Assembly: GCA_976226885.1 (NCBI GenBank)
Contig: OZ320314.1
Span: 94,674,001 to 94,738,000 of the forward strand
Length of the DNA stretch: 64,000 nt
Reading direction: 5' to 3'
Origin: Iphione sp. A-MEVVRFRX5
Taxonomy: Eukaryota
Shown here piece after piece: positions 27,308 through 39,300 of the stretch. The position numbers and the translations under genes were made by a program. A model generated the notes under the pieces. The model did not search any database. It was not told the origin of the DNA and was given only the letters and a program-made list of their open reading frames with translations. Positions within the stretch are counted from its first letter, which is position 1; the number at the start of each line of letters is the position of its first letter.

Positions 27308-27854
27308 CAGTAGAGCCTCTCCTAAAGACCACTTCACAGGGGAGACCAAACCTCAGGAGAGACCAAAATCAGTCAGAACGAAACAAATTTCTGTACATTT
27401 CCTATATATAAAAGCCTCTCAATAGAGACCACTTCACAGGGGAGACCACCTCTAGGGAGAGACCAAGAATTTCAATACCAAAGACCAGGTTTTGCCTCGC
27501 AAAGGCAACCAAGAACTTCTATGATGGGTACCAACAACTGGGAGAGGTGCGACTTTGCTCCCGACAATGGGAACGAGGTATGATTTTTGCTCCTTTGATG
27601 GGTACCAACCCCTGGGAGAGGTGCAACCTTGCTCCCAATCTCAATCACCTAGGCAATGTATAAAGGATTTATATAATTTAATGAATAAGAGTTCATATAA
27701 ACTTTTTCTCTTTTGTTGTATGTGATTAACATTTATTATCATTTGGGGATCATTTGGGAGCACAGAAGACAAGTGCTTCACAGGGGAGACCGCCTCTCAG
27801 TTGAGACCAAAATTGGTCAGTCCCAAGCTTGGTCTCCTAAGAGAGGCTCTACTG
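27308..27854. mobile_element. MITE / non-autonomous DNA transposon (Tc1/mariner/pogo-type ends)
   Basis: Perfect 14-bp terminal inverted repeats CAGTAGAGCCTCTC (27308-27321) and GAGAGGCTCTACTG (27841-27854). TA on both flanks (27306-07, 27855-56). Internal subterminal repeats AGACCACTTCACAGGGGAGACC at 27326 and 27426, partial at 27776. No transposase ORF. Superfamily inferred from CAGT ends plus the TA target duplication. Confidence 0.88.
27522..27636. repeat. Internal 41-bp direct repeat pair within the MITE
   Basis: 27522-27562 and 27596-27636 are 37/41 identical (TGATGGGTACCAAC..CTGGGAGAGGTGC.AC.TTGCTCCC). The 33-bp spacer contains a degenerate partial copy (GGGAACGAGGTATGATTTTTGCTCC). 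Confidence 0.9.
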
Positions 27855-30689
27855 TACATCTGCATGGAAGGTGGTAAGTAGAGGGGTAGGACATAACAGA
27901 AGTAATGCGTATTCATTCCATGCCTGTGTACTTGATTTTACTGGTGCAGTATTTGTAGTTGTATTGTACGGTTATACGTATATTCGATTTCGATGTCATC
28001 AGCAGCATAGAATGAAAAAAAGCTTTTGCAGAGCGAAAAAATAAAGCAGAAGGCAATGCTCAAGGCCCGGTACCCGATGTAACCATGTGACATGGTCGTT
28101 TGCAGTGCTCACTTTGACACATCAGAAATCGTATTTAACTTTGTACTTCCTCACACTTACATTTTTGTTTAGGGGTTTCAAAGCAGTCGAAGGAATATGA
28201 AATTTGCGTTGTTTGAAAATGCAGTCCCTTAAGAAGTAGTAGTACATGAACATATGTGTTATTGCAAGCCAAGTTTGCTCCCCAGGCTCCGCCACCAGTC
28301 GGGAATTTACCGCCACCAATTAACTGATGTACATGGAGTTTTCTCTTGACTCAGTGATATGTAAGATAGTAAACGCACATATTCGACGCGCAGTGCATCT
28401 AAGGTTAAAATCTCCAAGACGGGACTCTAATCCGCCAAGTGAAGGACGATTACACGTTGGCAACGTCAATGCCAAATGCAAGGTGTCATTCTCCTGTCAC
28501 TTGTCACGTCCAGAACGGACATTACCTGTGCGCCACTTAACTCCCAATGCATAATTGACCCTCGTGCTTAAGATGACCCTGTCTGTCACCTTGGTAACCT
28601 CTGTGTTTCTATTAGGTGAGCCTAATGGGTGATTTCGTTGCTGTGACCCTTGGATAAAGGTATCTTGAAGATAGATGTGGCCCATCGCTGCAGTCTGCTG
28701 CATCCTTCCCACAAGCAGTCTGTCGCCTTCAGCGCATCTGTGATTGCCTTGGACCAACCTTACGGTGTCTGGCGCAGTGTACATCGCCTAGCATAACACT
28801 TCCATCTGGCCTCCGACAGTGTGGCTGACCGTTAAAGACGTACCACTTTACCTGCCCGAACGTCAAGCAGCACCTAATCACTGACCCGCGATGACCTTTG
28901 CTTCTAGGCACGTTTACAGTGCATCGCTTAAAATTCCCGTCACGGCCGTTTCCTCTGGGACAGACCAAATGACACTGTGCAGATCCCCCGACGAAAAATA
29001 GCTTCTTCTCCACTCATGCGACATCAGGTGCATCTGTGCTGGGAAAGTGTATACCTCTGCGAGGGAAGCACGTCCGTAAGACATTGGGATGAATATACAA
29101 GTACCATGCAATACATATTTGCTGAGGGTGGCCTATGAGTAACTTACCCCACCTCACACACTTCTCACATTAAAGGAGGTGGTGCCTAATGACTAACCAC
29201 GACCTCAAGGTACCGTTAGGTGACCGCCAAGGTAGGACAAGACCACCCAACCTCGCCCTATCTGTCCTTTTGTGTGTAAAATGTTGCATTGACGTCCATG
29301 TGTGTGTATGTGAAGTACATGTGTCCATTTCAATGTAGATGTATGTATGTATGTGCACATGCACATAAATGTGTTAGTGTATTTGTGTGTGAGCCTGCAG
29401 ATTTTGTTCGTGTATATCAAAGAAGACAGTCACTTCAGCGTTAACGCAGCGTACAGCGTGTCGTTTTCTTCATTATCATAATAAATCATGTGACAACTTG
29501 CCATAAGCAGTTTTCATTTATGTCCTTTAGATATGCTGGTAATGTCGATATTCAAATGGTTTAAATTAGGTATAAACGCCATTATCCGGGAGGGTGCTTT
29601 GACAGTAACTATTTTACTTGCTATCAAGTCACCCATTTAGAGACCTTGATACATGTATATCATCTATAAGTATTGGGCTGCGGTCGAAATCGTTGCGGCG
29701 ACTGAGCATGCATGCATCTTAATGGCGGAAAACGGAAAGCATTCTGTACGTACACGACTAGGAGGCGGTTGGCCACTCAAAGCCTCAAGAGAATACCTTG
29801 TTTTATCACCGTTTAGTCTAAATTATTGTCGGGTCATAAAATGCTGATGGGCAACTACAAAGCGGTAATAATAGAAAGGTGTTTGTTGAAAGTATCATCG
29901 TCGGAGTGTGTCCAGTCTGAGCCGAATGTTTAAGGGTCCATTTACCCTTGTTGACTATTTGTTGCATGTACCCTGGGCATAGAATTTTACTGCTCCAATG
30001 TGGGCGCAGCTTTCAGAGGCAGGGCAATGGGAATAAAGTACATTGATAGGCATTCAAAAAGCACCAGGTACCGTTAATCGTTAAAGAGAATCAGTGGCAA
30101 ACTCCATCCAAACAACATTTATGGATTCGGAAGGTAATTACTGAGGTAAACACGACAAAACACACACAGATACAGGATAGTGTGTCCAACTACATAAATA
30201 CGCATTATACATAAAGATAACATTATCCAATTATAAACTGGAATCACCTAGCCAAACCAGAATAGGAAAGAACCAGTTTGTATTAAACGTGCAGTTGCGC
30301 TTATACCTCTTAATAAACAAACACAGTTAAAACTGATTAGCTCTAAGATGACGAATATTCGGACTTGTCATATTTGTTATGAAAACACATCTTTGACCAA
30401 TGTGTCAGCCTATATGCTAATAGCCTTAGCGTCAAGTTGGCAGGCGTAACGGACCTGGTCACTGTGGGTACCTGGAGGCCTATTTGGCCACGCGGCTGGC
30501 CTGAGGTAATCCTGGTGCCTGTTTGTCCAGTCAAGTCTTTATCGTCTTTTAAACCACCCCTGCCACCCTCTTCTCTCTATGTTCCTACCATCCCCCCGAG
30601 TCCATTATATTACATATTTGTATGGTTCTGTGTTTCTGACTTGTGATTAGAGGGGGTATCATCATGTTCAACTCCTTTGACGAAATCTG

Positions 30690-30779
30690 GACAGGGCAGA
30701 AGGAGGGTTCGAACCCAGGTCTTGAAGCACAGTCCACATGCAGAAAGCCAGCGCTCTTATCCACTGCGCCACAGAGGCC
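30690..30779 (-). mobile_element. tRNA-derived SINE head (Pol III internal promoter)
   Basis: Minus strand reads GGCCTCTG-TGGCGCAGTGG (A box, 30761-30771)-ATAAGAGCGCTGGCTTTCTG...ACCTG-GGTTCGAACCC (B box, 30705-30715). The acceptor stem does not pair and the A-B spacing is extended, so this is SINE-like rather than a tRNA gene. Confidence 0.75.
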
Positions 30780-31080
30780 AGGCAAAGTACTAATCCGTCA
30801 CATTGCTCTTGGTGCTTCCTCGTGGGAGACCCTTGCTCACTTCTTGACTGGGAGGGGAGGGGTGAGTTGTGAAGGGGGTGTGAAGGCCACCTCGTCTAAC
30901 TGAGAGAGAGGGAGAAAGGGAGTCAAATGAAAACACCTCCCCCCCACCATTCAGTCAGCTGGCAGTGGCCGTCAAGGCACAGTGATTGTTGGTTAAGTGG
31001 CCAGCATTGATTGGTTCTGCCAAGGCAAAAAGGACTGTACATTATAGATCGACTTGAAAATATAATGTACGGCAGCTGCC

Positions 31081-31265
31081 CAAATTATTCCTAAACCTTC
31101 TTGACTATTTAAAATCATTCCCAAACCTTCTTGCCTATCCCAAATCGTTCCTAAACCTTCTTAACTATTCAAAATTGTTCCCAAACCTTCTTGCCTATCC
31201 CAAATCGTTCATAAACTTTCTTAACTATTCCAAATCGTTCCCAAACCTTCTTGCCTTTTTCAAAT
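31081..31265. repeat. 30-bp minisatellite, 6 units, alternating A/B variants
   Basis: Units start at 31081, 31111, 31141, 31171, 31201 and 31231, consensus CAAATCGTTCC(C/T)AAACCTTCTT(G/A)(A/C)CTAT(T/C)C. Confidence 0.95.
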
Positions 31266-32472
31266 TGGGTAATGGTAGATGACGGCTATGCTCTCTTTCC
31301 TCCTGCAGTGCAAATTGGGGTTGAAAGCCACCTTGTCTATCGACTCGGTGGACCAATGCTTCTTGACTGGGTCAGCAAATCGTTCAGTTGTAGGGTGGGG
31401 TGGGTTTAAATCAGTTAAAATCCTCAGACGGCTCACACTCTATAATGGACTTGGTGGCTGTCGCCACCTCGTCCATTATATCGTGTAATCGCCGATCCTC
31501 GGACTTTAACTAATACATAGTTTGGATTATGTCACGTTGTTCGAGCGAGATTGACGACAAAAGGCAGTTCATTCCGTTATTTGTCTACGTCAGGTGGACA
31601 GTTGTTCCTTGGACCAGGCGGGGTCACAGATGGCCCCTTTGGTAAACCCGGGATATGCAAGGTGTGACCCACTGCATGGCCCCCGAGGGGGGAGTGGGGC
31701 TCTTGAGGACCGCCAGAAGTGTGGGTTTGAATAGGGCACCGGCCTTTGATGAGGAGGTCTTTACTTGGTCGATCTAAAACCTCTCATATTGTCCATTCCT
31801 GACTAATTTATGAATTGTAGTACTTCAAATGACAGCACGACTGGAAGTATGTGTGACTGTGACAGGTGACATGCAATGAATGCATTGAATTGGCTAGAGA
31901 AAGACAGTGAAAGAGAGTGAGAGAGATAATATATACACACATGTGGTTTTTGAGGGGAACGAGTCCAGGCTAACATTTTGCAAAAGACGATTGGAAGATG
32001 CTGTGAATGGAATAAAGGAAAATGAAAAGAGAACGCCGTTTACTAGTGTTAAAAGTTATTTTAATGTTTTTTTTGAAAGGAATATTCACAGATAGGAAAC
32101 AATCTAGGTATTTGCCCAAACTCTGTCCTCTCCTCCAAAAGGCCATAGGTAGTAGATTTAGGTTAAGTGTGTTTTTTAACTATGTGGTCTCGTCTGTGTA
32201 GGCCAACATGCTGCGCAGCTGTCGCACTAATCAAACAACTAGAGGACTAAAGAAAAGGAAGCGATGCGGTGGTCAGGTGTTGCAAGGGGTACAGGGCACA
32301 ATCATCACAACTGAGAATGACCAGCGTATTATTCACCTGTCGCCTCGGCTCGTGAGACCAACAGACTGCGAATTGTCCCCTCGAGGCCTTTGGTCGATAT
32401 TGGTCTGTGGTTGACTACAAGCCATCATAACGGCTGTATGAGCCCGTTAAAGATGCTCTGATGAAGAATGTA

Positions 32473-32687
32473 CCTCTCTCTCTCTCTCTTTCTCTCTCTC
32501 TCGTTCTCTCACTTGCTCTTTGTCTCTCCTACCTGTTCCTCTCTCCTTTCCCTGTTCCTCCCTAAGTTCCTCTGTCCCTCTAAATGTGATCCACTTTTTC
32601 CCCTCTCCAATTTGTTTCATCGCCTTGTAATCCTATTTCTCTCTCCTTTCTGCCTCTGCCTCTCCGTCGGCTTCATCTCTCACTTTC
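32473..32687. repeat. CT-rich low-complexity pyrimidine tract
   Basis: Starts as (CT)n and continues as degenerate polypyrimidine sequence; source of spurious ORF 32468-32719. Confidence 0.85.
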
Positions 32688-35600
32688 GGAAACAGCAAAA
32701 GACCAACTACCGAAAGTAACACGACCTGGCCAGCTGAAGGATGCAGGACGATGACCTTTCGGCAAAGGGCATCAGATCTTGGCCATGTGCCTGTGGCTCT
32801 GGTCTTCTATGGCTTATAGTGTGTGTCGTAAGGTCTACGCAAAGGGGGAGGAGAAGGGTTTTGTACAAGGTAAAGGGGTGCAGAACACGCCGAGGGGACG
32901 CCAGCATAACGGTTGGATCGTCAACTTGAATGGACTCCACATTCAAGTTGTTTAAATGTTGGTTCGTAGCCGGCATGAGTCTATGTAAATGCCCCTCCTT
33001 CTGCCCTTCACTTCCCTAAACCCACCAAAAGCATTGACCGACCTACCACTGGTCTACCTGGCGATCTGAACGCATGATAACCGTGGTAACCTGTCGGCCA
33101 TTGTCGGACTAATTCAGCCGCGAGCCAATCGGATAAGCTGCGCACCCCTTTCCCCTAGAGAGTGGCCCTTCAAATTCCAAAAGTGTTGGGTCTTTGAGCA
33201 ACCCGCATCTTTTAATCGAATATGGGGGGCAGTAGGAACGATCCACAATGCTAAGCACTCCATATGGGACCCACACTAAAGGACACATACCTGTGGGAAG
33301 GCAAATGGTCACTTTTCCTAATTACATCACCGCCACGTGCCAGTTTCCTATGGGAACTCAAGGCGCCGTTCTGAAACACTATCAAAGACGGTGACCTCTA
33401 AGGCTCCAGTTACATGGCACTGCTGGGAATGCTTTTAAGTTGCGGTCCCACATACATGTATTGCTAATGAGCCATATATATGGAATCCCGAGTAATCTCT
33501 CTGCATCATTTTAGTGTAGTGATATGGGTGTTTACATGCAGAGTGATTATTTCGGGAGAAAAACTCACTTTTTTCGCTCAGAACAGGACAGGTGGATTCT
33601 AAGTCGCATTTTTGTTCTTCGTCCTACGGTTGGGACGTCCGTTCTGAAGTTCCAATAAAGGGACTTGTCACTGGCCACATGGCCATCTTTCTGGGTGTGG
33701 GATAGTGAAGGGGGAAGAAGGACTGGGTTGCTGACGACGGTGAGACAAGCCTTCAACGTCTATAGCACTGGTATCATGAGAATAGAACGGCGTTGGGTTA
33801 CCGCCATAGTGGGAGTCTGTGCCAGGTAGACATGGAGGGGGGAGGGCGATAGGAACAGGTGCTGCACCTGTCCCGACGCCATCCTCCCCTCCCCCTCAGC
33901 GCACACCGGCAGCGGGTTTGGGCGCCTCCATCGGTCCCTTCTAGGGTCTCTCCGAACCACCGGGACATCCCTGTCCTATAATAGTAAACCTTAGCCTCTA
34001 GGCTTGGGTGCTCAAACAACATTCAAAAAAGACTGATGAACCCCCAACTTGGGGCATGTGGCCTGTATTCGGGCTCTATAATTTTTAATAGCCCTTTAGA
34101 AAGTGTTTTTACCTGTGGTGTACTGAGATAATTTCCGATAAGTTGGCACCGAACTATTCTCTTTCATGTACTTACTGCTACATACAGAGGTACACATTTC
34201 TACAGCACCAAGCATGGGATGTATCGGATTTCATTATTGTTGCGATAATGGAAGAATACTGATACGATACGCTGAACTCCCCCCCTCCTTACCACCTGCC
34301 ACTATATGTACCTGCTTAAGGACATTAACTGAAAAAAATTATCGAATACATTATACATGGATTCTCTTTAAGGAAGTAGACATGTCAAAAGGGTACGTAC
34401 CTGCTGTAGATTTGGCAACTGGGGTAGATATGGACAAGAATGATGCACAATGTTCTGCAGATGAAAGTCCGGTTAACACATGCTGCTGTTATCTGATGTA
34501 TTCCATCAGTGATCACAAGTTCACTGGGGAAAGTAAACAGAACAGAGACCTACACACACCACAGATGGTAGAGGCTTTGGGGGATCCTTAGGTGGACCTT
34601 CGGTGATATTTTACAGCCTGTAGTCGTCTTGCAATAGTAGTCAGTGTAACAAACTGCCACCGGAGATGAGGGTTCCCTCCCCTGCAGATCCAAGCTGTGT
34701 GCGGATGCCGTGTCCAAGTCTGACAGGCAAATAAGTTGATCTAGGAGGCTCTCGTCTCACCCGGCAGAAACGGGTTGATCCTACGGCAGGCAGGTCCCGA
34801 GTAAGATGCCTAGTCAGTATTCGCTCTATTAAGTACACAGCGTGAACCTGTGGGTATGTGTGTATGTATGTACGTAGATGAGTATAGTAGTAGATCCCCA
34901 GGTGCCTTGTCTACATGGTGTCGTCCCGCGCGCACCGTCGGCAGCCGTCTCCCCCGCTACACTGACGTCGCTGACAGGCGCCGCACGCATCAACACCTAC
35001 CAACCACCATGACGTCACTCAGAGTCTCCCGGCCACGCGACCGTCAGTGCCGCCGCTGATTGGCCCGTTGGCACCTGATACTTAGTTGTGTGTATGTGAG
35101 TGTGTATGTGTGCCTGTTTCGGGAGTGAGCAGCATGAATGGAGAAACAAACTTAGATGGCCAGAGATCTGGAGTGTATATCTCAGGGGACATGCATGACC
35201 GGGAAAGAGAAGCAGGAATTTTTGTTGTTCACGGAGCACTTGTGACAGTTTTGTGGGGCACCGGGGCAGCCAAAGAGGTTTAACCACAGTTCACTCAATG
35301 ATGAAAAGTCAGCTCAAGGTGTGATGCGCAGAATTGTGCCAGAAGCTGCGGAAACGGTCAGTCAATACAGCACAAGACAAAAGCGTCATCCAACAATGGT
35401 CTTTCAAAGGAATCCCTCTCGGTTTTTGCCACCCTTTCCTGCCATTAAAGGAAGCGATTTGAGGTCGCGTGACAAGGTAAAGAACACTCCACAGCTAGAG
35501 TGTGTGTCTTGAATGGAGAGGATATATAGGGGATTAGCAGGAAGACGAAGAGGGATATGACTTGTCGGCTTTTAAGGGTCCTTAATGTACAGGGCTGTCT

Positions 35601-36303
35601 GAGTTGTACAGATTAGGTTCCACGTGTTAAAAAATGGCTATGTATGGTCCGACTTTGACATCTAACGTTTTCACGTGCTTTGCTAGGTTCGCCTTTATCA
35701 TAAAAATTTAACACTTTATTCCGAAACTAAACCAAATCAGTAAAGATTGAAAGTGGGATCACAAAAATGGAAAATAGTGGTACATTGAAAGGTCTGTAAA
35801 GTACGAGCCCTTCTCTGATAAACAAGAGTGAAAGTGTTTGGTCATATGTACAATACAGGAAACTGGCTTACAGAGCAAAGAATTACAACCCCGGTTTATA
35901 TCACCATCGTGAGCAAAGGCCAGTATTATATACATGTACATGTATTTCTATTCAGAAGACGCAACAGAAGAGTGACCAATACTCAATATTAATGGGCCGT
36001 TTTGGGTGGCCTGAATGGTGTCCGAAGGTGGTCATTGGCTACTAGTTTCTATGGCTTTCAACGATTTTTTTTTTGCCACTGGAGTAGTTCCCTCGCATTA
36101 GGCATCGATTGGCAGTGCCATGAAATTCAGCGAGATTTGGCCCTAAACATTTGTAGGCGTAGAGGGTAGGTGTGTTTGTGGGAGGTGGAAGGCGGGGGGG
36201 GGGGTGGCATAGAAGAGTGGTACTCTCGAGCTGCGATGGTCATCGCACGAGGGAGACGGCGCCACTCGACATCAAAGTCCGGTCATTCTGGCCGGCGACG
36301 AGC

Positions 36304-36331
36304 GGCGGGCGGCGGGCGGCGGGCGGCGGGC
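36304..36331. repeat. (GGCGGGC)4 tandem heptamer
   Basis: Four exact copies at 36304, 36311, 36318 and 36325 inside a GC-rich patch. Confidence 0.95.
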
Positions 36332-39300
36332 AGAAAGTGGACAGAAGGCGGACGGACGGCGGTTAGAGAACCAAAGGGCATGTAGTGGGCAACTCGTGGA
36401 AGAGTAACCTGCGCTGGTCATACACAAGCAGTGGACCCAGGACTCGCCGAGGTGCGCAGAACTTTGAAAAGAGGATGGAGGGGAGGGTGGGGGCGGGGGG
36501 GGGGGGGAGCGGCGGTTGAAAGGAGTTTGTCTTAGGAGGCTGCGTAGAATAGGTGGTCAGCGGTCAGGGGTGCCTGGTCGGGGTGTGCATGGACAGGTGT
36601 GGACCACGCGACATGCCGGCCCGTCCACCGCTTATTCACCATCCAGGTTATCATTATGATGCCCTGCGGTGGCTGATTTATGGGGAAACTGACCTCAGTG
36701 GACGGCCAAGTGAAAAAAACCCGAAAGATTTGGCCGTGAGGAGGATGCTGGCACTTGATGCCTGAACAGCTGAGGAGCCTCCCAGATTGATTCTTCCATG
36801 TGGTCTTTCTACAAGTGTCACTTAACCTGAAGTGGTGGCTATCGATTATAGACAGGCATGGAGACGAGACAGACAGAAAATCAATTAATATATCTACCTG
36901 AGACGAGACAGATGTCACCGAAAACAGTGATTTCAAGTAAGAAATCTACAATTACCGAGGAATTACTTGAAGGTATAATCTGCCACTCACCTCCGGGCCT
37001 TCCCACTTGGCAAACAGGTGCTTCATATGAACAACTATTTTAAGCAGGCTAAAAATATATGGAAGGTTGACTCCAGGCATGTACTGGTCTCGGCTGGAAT
37101 TAAGGAGTATGCATGCCTGGAGACAATGACAGATGGTGTCCGCTACACGCAATGATCAAGTAGTTATGTGTAATAAACCTATAGCCGCTCGGCCAGGCTG
37201 GGCGGGGGAGGAGCGTGCTAGTAGTGTGTGTGGGGGGGGGGGGGGAGTGGCTTTGTGCACGACGTCACCAACGGGTGGCCAGGTGATGGGAAGGGCCCTC
37301 CAGCAAAGGGCGTGACGCCAAAGACAGCGTCGGAGCCCTTAAATCACACCAGGGGACGCTGCATGAGGCGTCCGTAGCGTTATCGCTATCGGACCATTGT
37401 GGTGGCCGCTAGGTGGGGTTGGTGGCATGGACGACTTCTTGAATGGAGTAGTTCTGGGCGCTGATGATTTGTGTGTGCATGTGCATGCTAAGAAATGTGA
37501 TGTTCGTTGGCAGATGTATAATCTATCAAGGAGAGAATTCGTGTGAATATACCACACGGACATACAGAGAGGAGCTGTTTCCTCGACCATCATACAACTA
37601 TTCTCCATAATATTAGCAGTTTTTCTCTCAGAAACACACAATCTACTCCACCCTACCCTCATACCCCTCCCCTTTAGCCCCAAATCCTCCAACTCAGTTG
37701 CTGCACCTATATTGCTACTACCACTTTGCCCTCCGTCGTCAACATCGTCCTCCCAAACCACACGTGCCGTGGACCGGTCGTTGGTGGTAATGGGCGATGG
37801 GGGTGGAGTGGGATGGGGCGGGGGTGTGGGGAGTGGGCGGGAGGGAAGAGGGAGATGGGCAGGTAGAAGGGAAGCCTTCTCCACCTCTTCCTCCCCAGAT
37901 GCACCTGTCGCTCGTGCCGTCCACGTGTCGAGGTTATGGTCGGACAGAGGCGGTGGGAGGAGGAAGACAGGCTACTAGCAAAGAGGTCAGAGCTCTTCGG
38001 CGGGCGGCGATTGACAGATAGAGACCCGGGATAATGTCAAACGTGAAATAATTTTACAAGCGGCATAGTTACCAGTCAGTAAAAGCCACGTAAACGGAAT
38101 ATAATATCTGCAACTACTCTTAAATATTCGTAAAATAAAATCACATGTAGACACACCACAATGATTTTATACTTAAAATTTGAAATAATGATTTTTAAAG
38201 TATTCGTCGCAGAGAAAATCCAGGAAACTGAAACTGTACAAAACAATGTACATTTTGTAAATTGGGATTTTTTTGGCATGTTTATATTCGACTTTTTTAC
38301 ATTTATACCCAACAGAAATAGGGTGTGTGAATATGCACTAGAGATCGCAACAAATAGTAAGTAGAATAAAATATTTAATCAGTTTTATACGCTATATGAA
38401 CACGGTTCATATTGTTGGTGTTCTATACTGAAGAGTAATGTCCCAACCAAACGTATTCAAATGGTTTGAAACCTGAGAATACGCAGGGCATAAAGACATG
38501 TTTTTCTTTATATTAAGTGCCTCCACCACGAAGCTGACATCTCAGCTCTGTATCGATTTATTATACAATAAACATGACCTGTCACAATGCTCCGTGTAAG
38601 TCTAGTTTTTATTACATGTTACTGGAGTGGCTGAGAGAAAGGAACCCCATTTTTCAGAGCGTCGAGAGCATGGCCCCAGGAGAAAGGGTCCCAGTGGCCA
38701 GGGTCCTTGTCCCTTGACCCCGGATTCACTAAGGCCGATGACCCGTCCCATTGTGCATACAATGACCAGCATGGGCATGTTTGCTTGTCTACAAGCACAA
38801 CCAACCCATACACCGCTGTTTTTGCTTGCTGTACTGGAAAAGTACATGTAGTTCCTCTTAAATGTTACCAGGAGTAATTCTGCGTGGTCACTTCCACAGT
38901 TGGTTTGCCTACAACATTAGAAACTAAGTACTTAAGTTAAGCGATGATTACTAGTTAATCAGGAACTAAGGTTTTATAGGGCCCCATGGGCGCAGTACCC
39001 ACGGACAGACCTTCCCAGAGAGGCTGGGGGCCTCCAAGTCCACCTAGCGGTTTGTTGCGGTATTGTAAGCGATGCTCATATATTCACGGGACCGTACAGG
39101 TTAGACTTGTGAGGGGGGGCGAGGGAGGAGGGAGATATGAGGGGAAGGGCGGTAGGGGTTACCTGAGCGACCTAAAGCATTAAAGCCACGGTCGACGACA
39201 TTGACAAAAGCATGCACCCACTATCGTCGTCGTTGTGGAGCCCCTACTGTCTTCCACCTCCGCACCCTCTTTTCTTCCCTTCCCCTTCCCTCTATCCATG

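Noticed and set aside
27522-27636. CRISPR-like repeat-spacer-repeat (41-bp repeats, 33-bp spacer)
   Set aside because: Only two copies, the spacer is itself a degenerate copy of the repeat, it lies inside a eukaryotic MITE, and there are no cas genes.
30690-30779. Functional tRNA gene
   Set aside because: The acceptor stem does not pair and the anticodon/variable region is irregular; called a SINE head instead.
37339-37884. Longest ORF (181 aa) as a CDS
   Set aside because: Pro-rich low-complexity start from G-runs, no domain and no codon bias; consistent with chance. The same applies to most listed ORFs.
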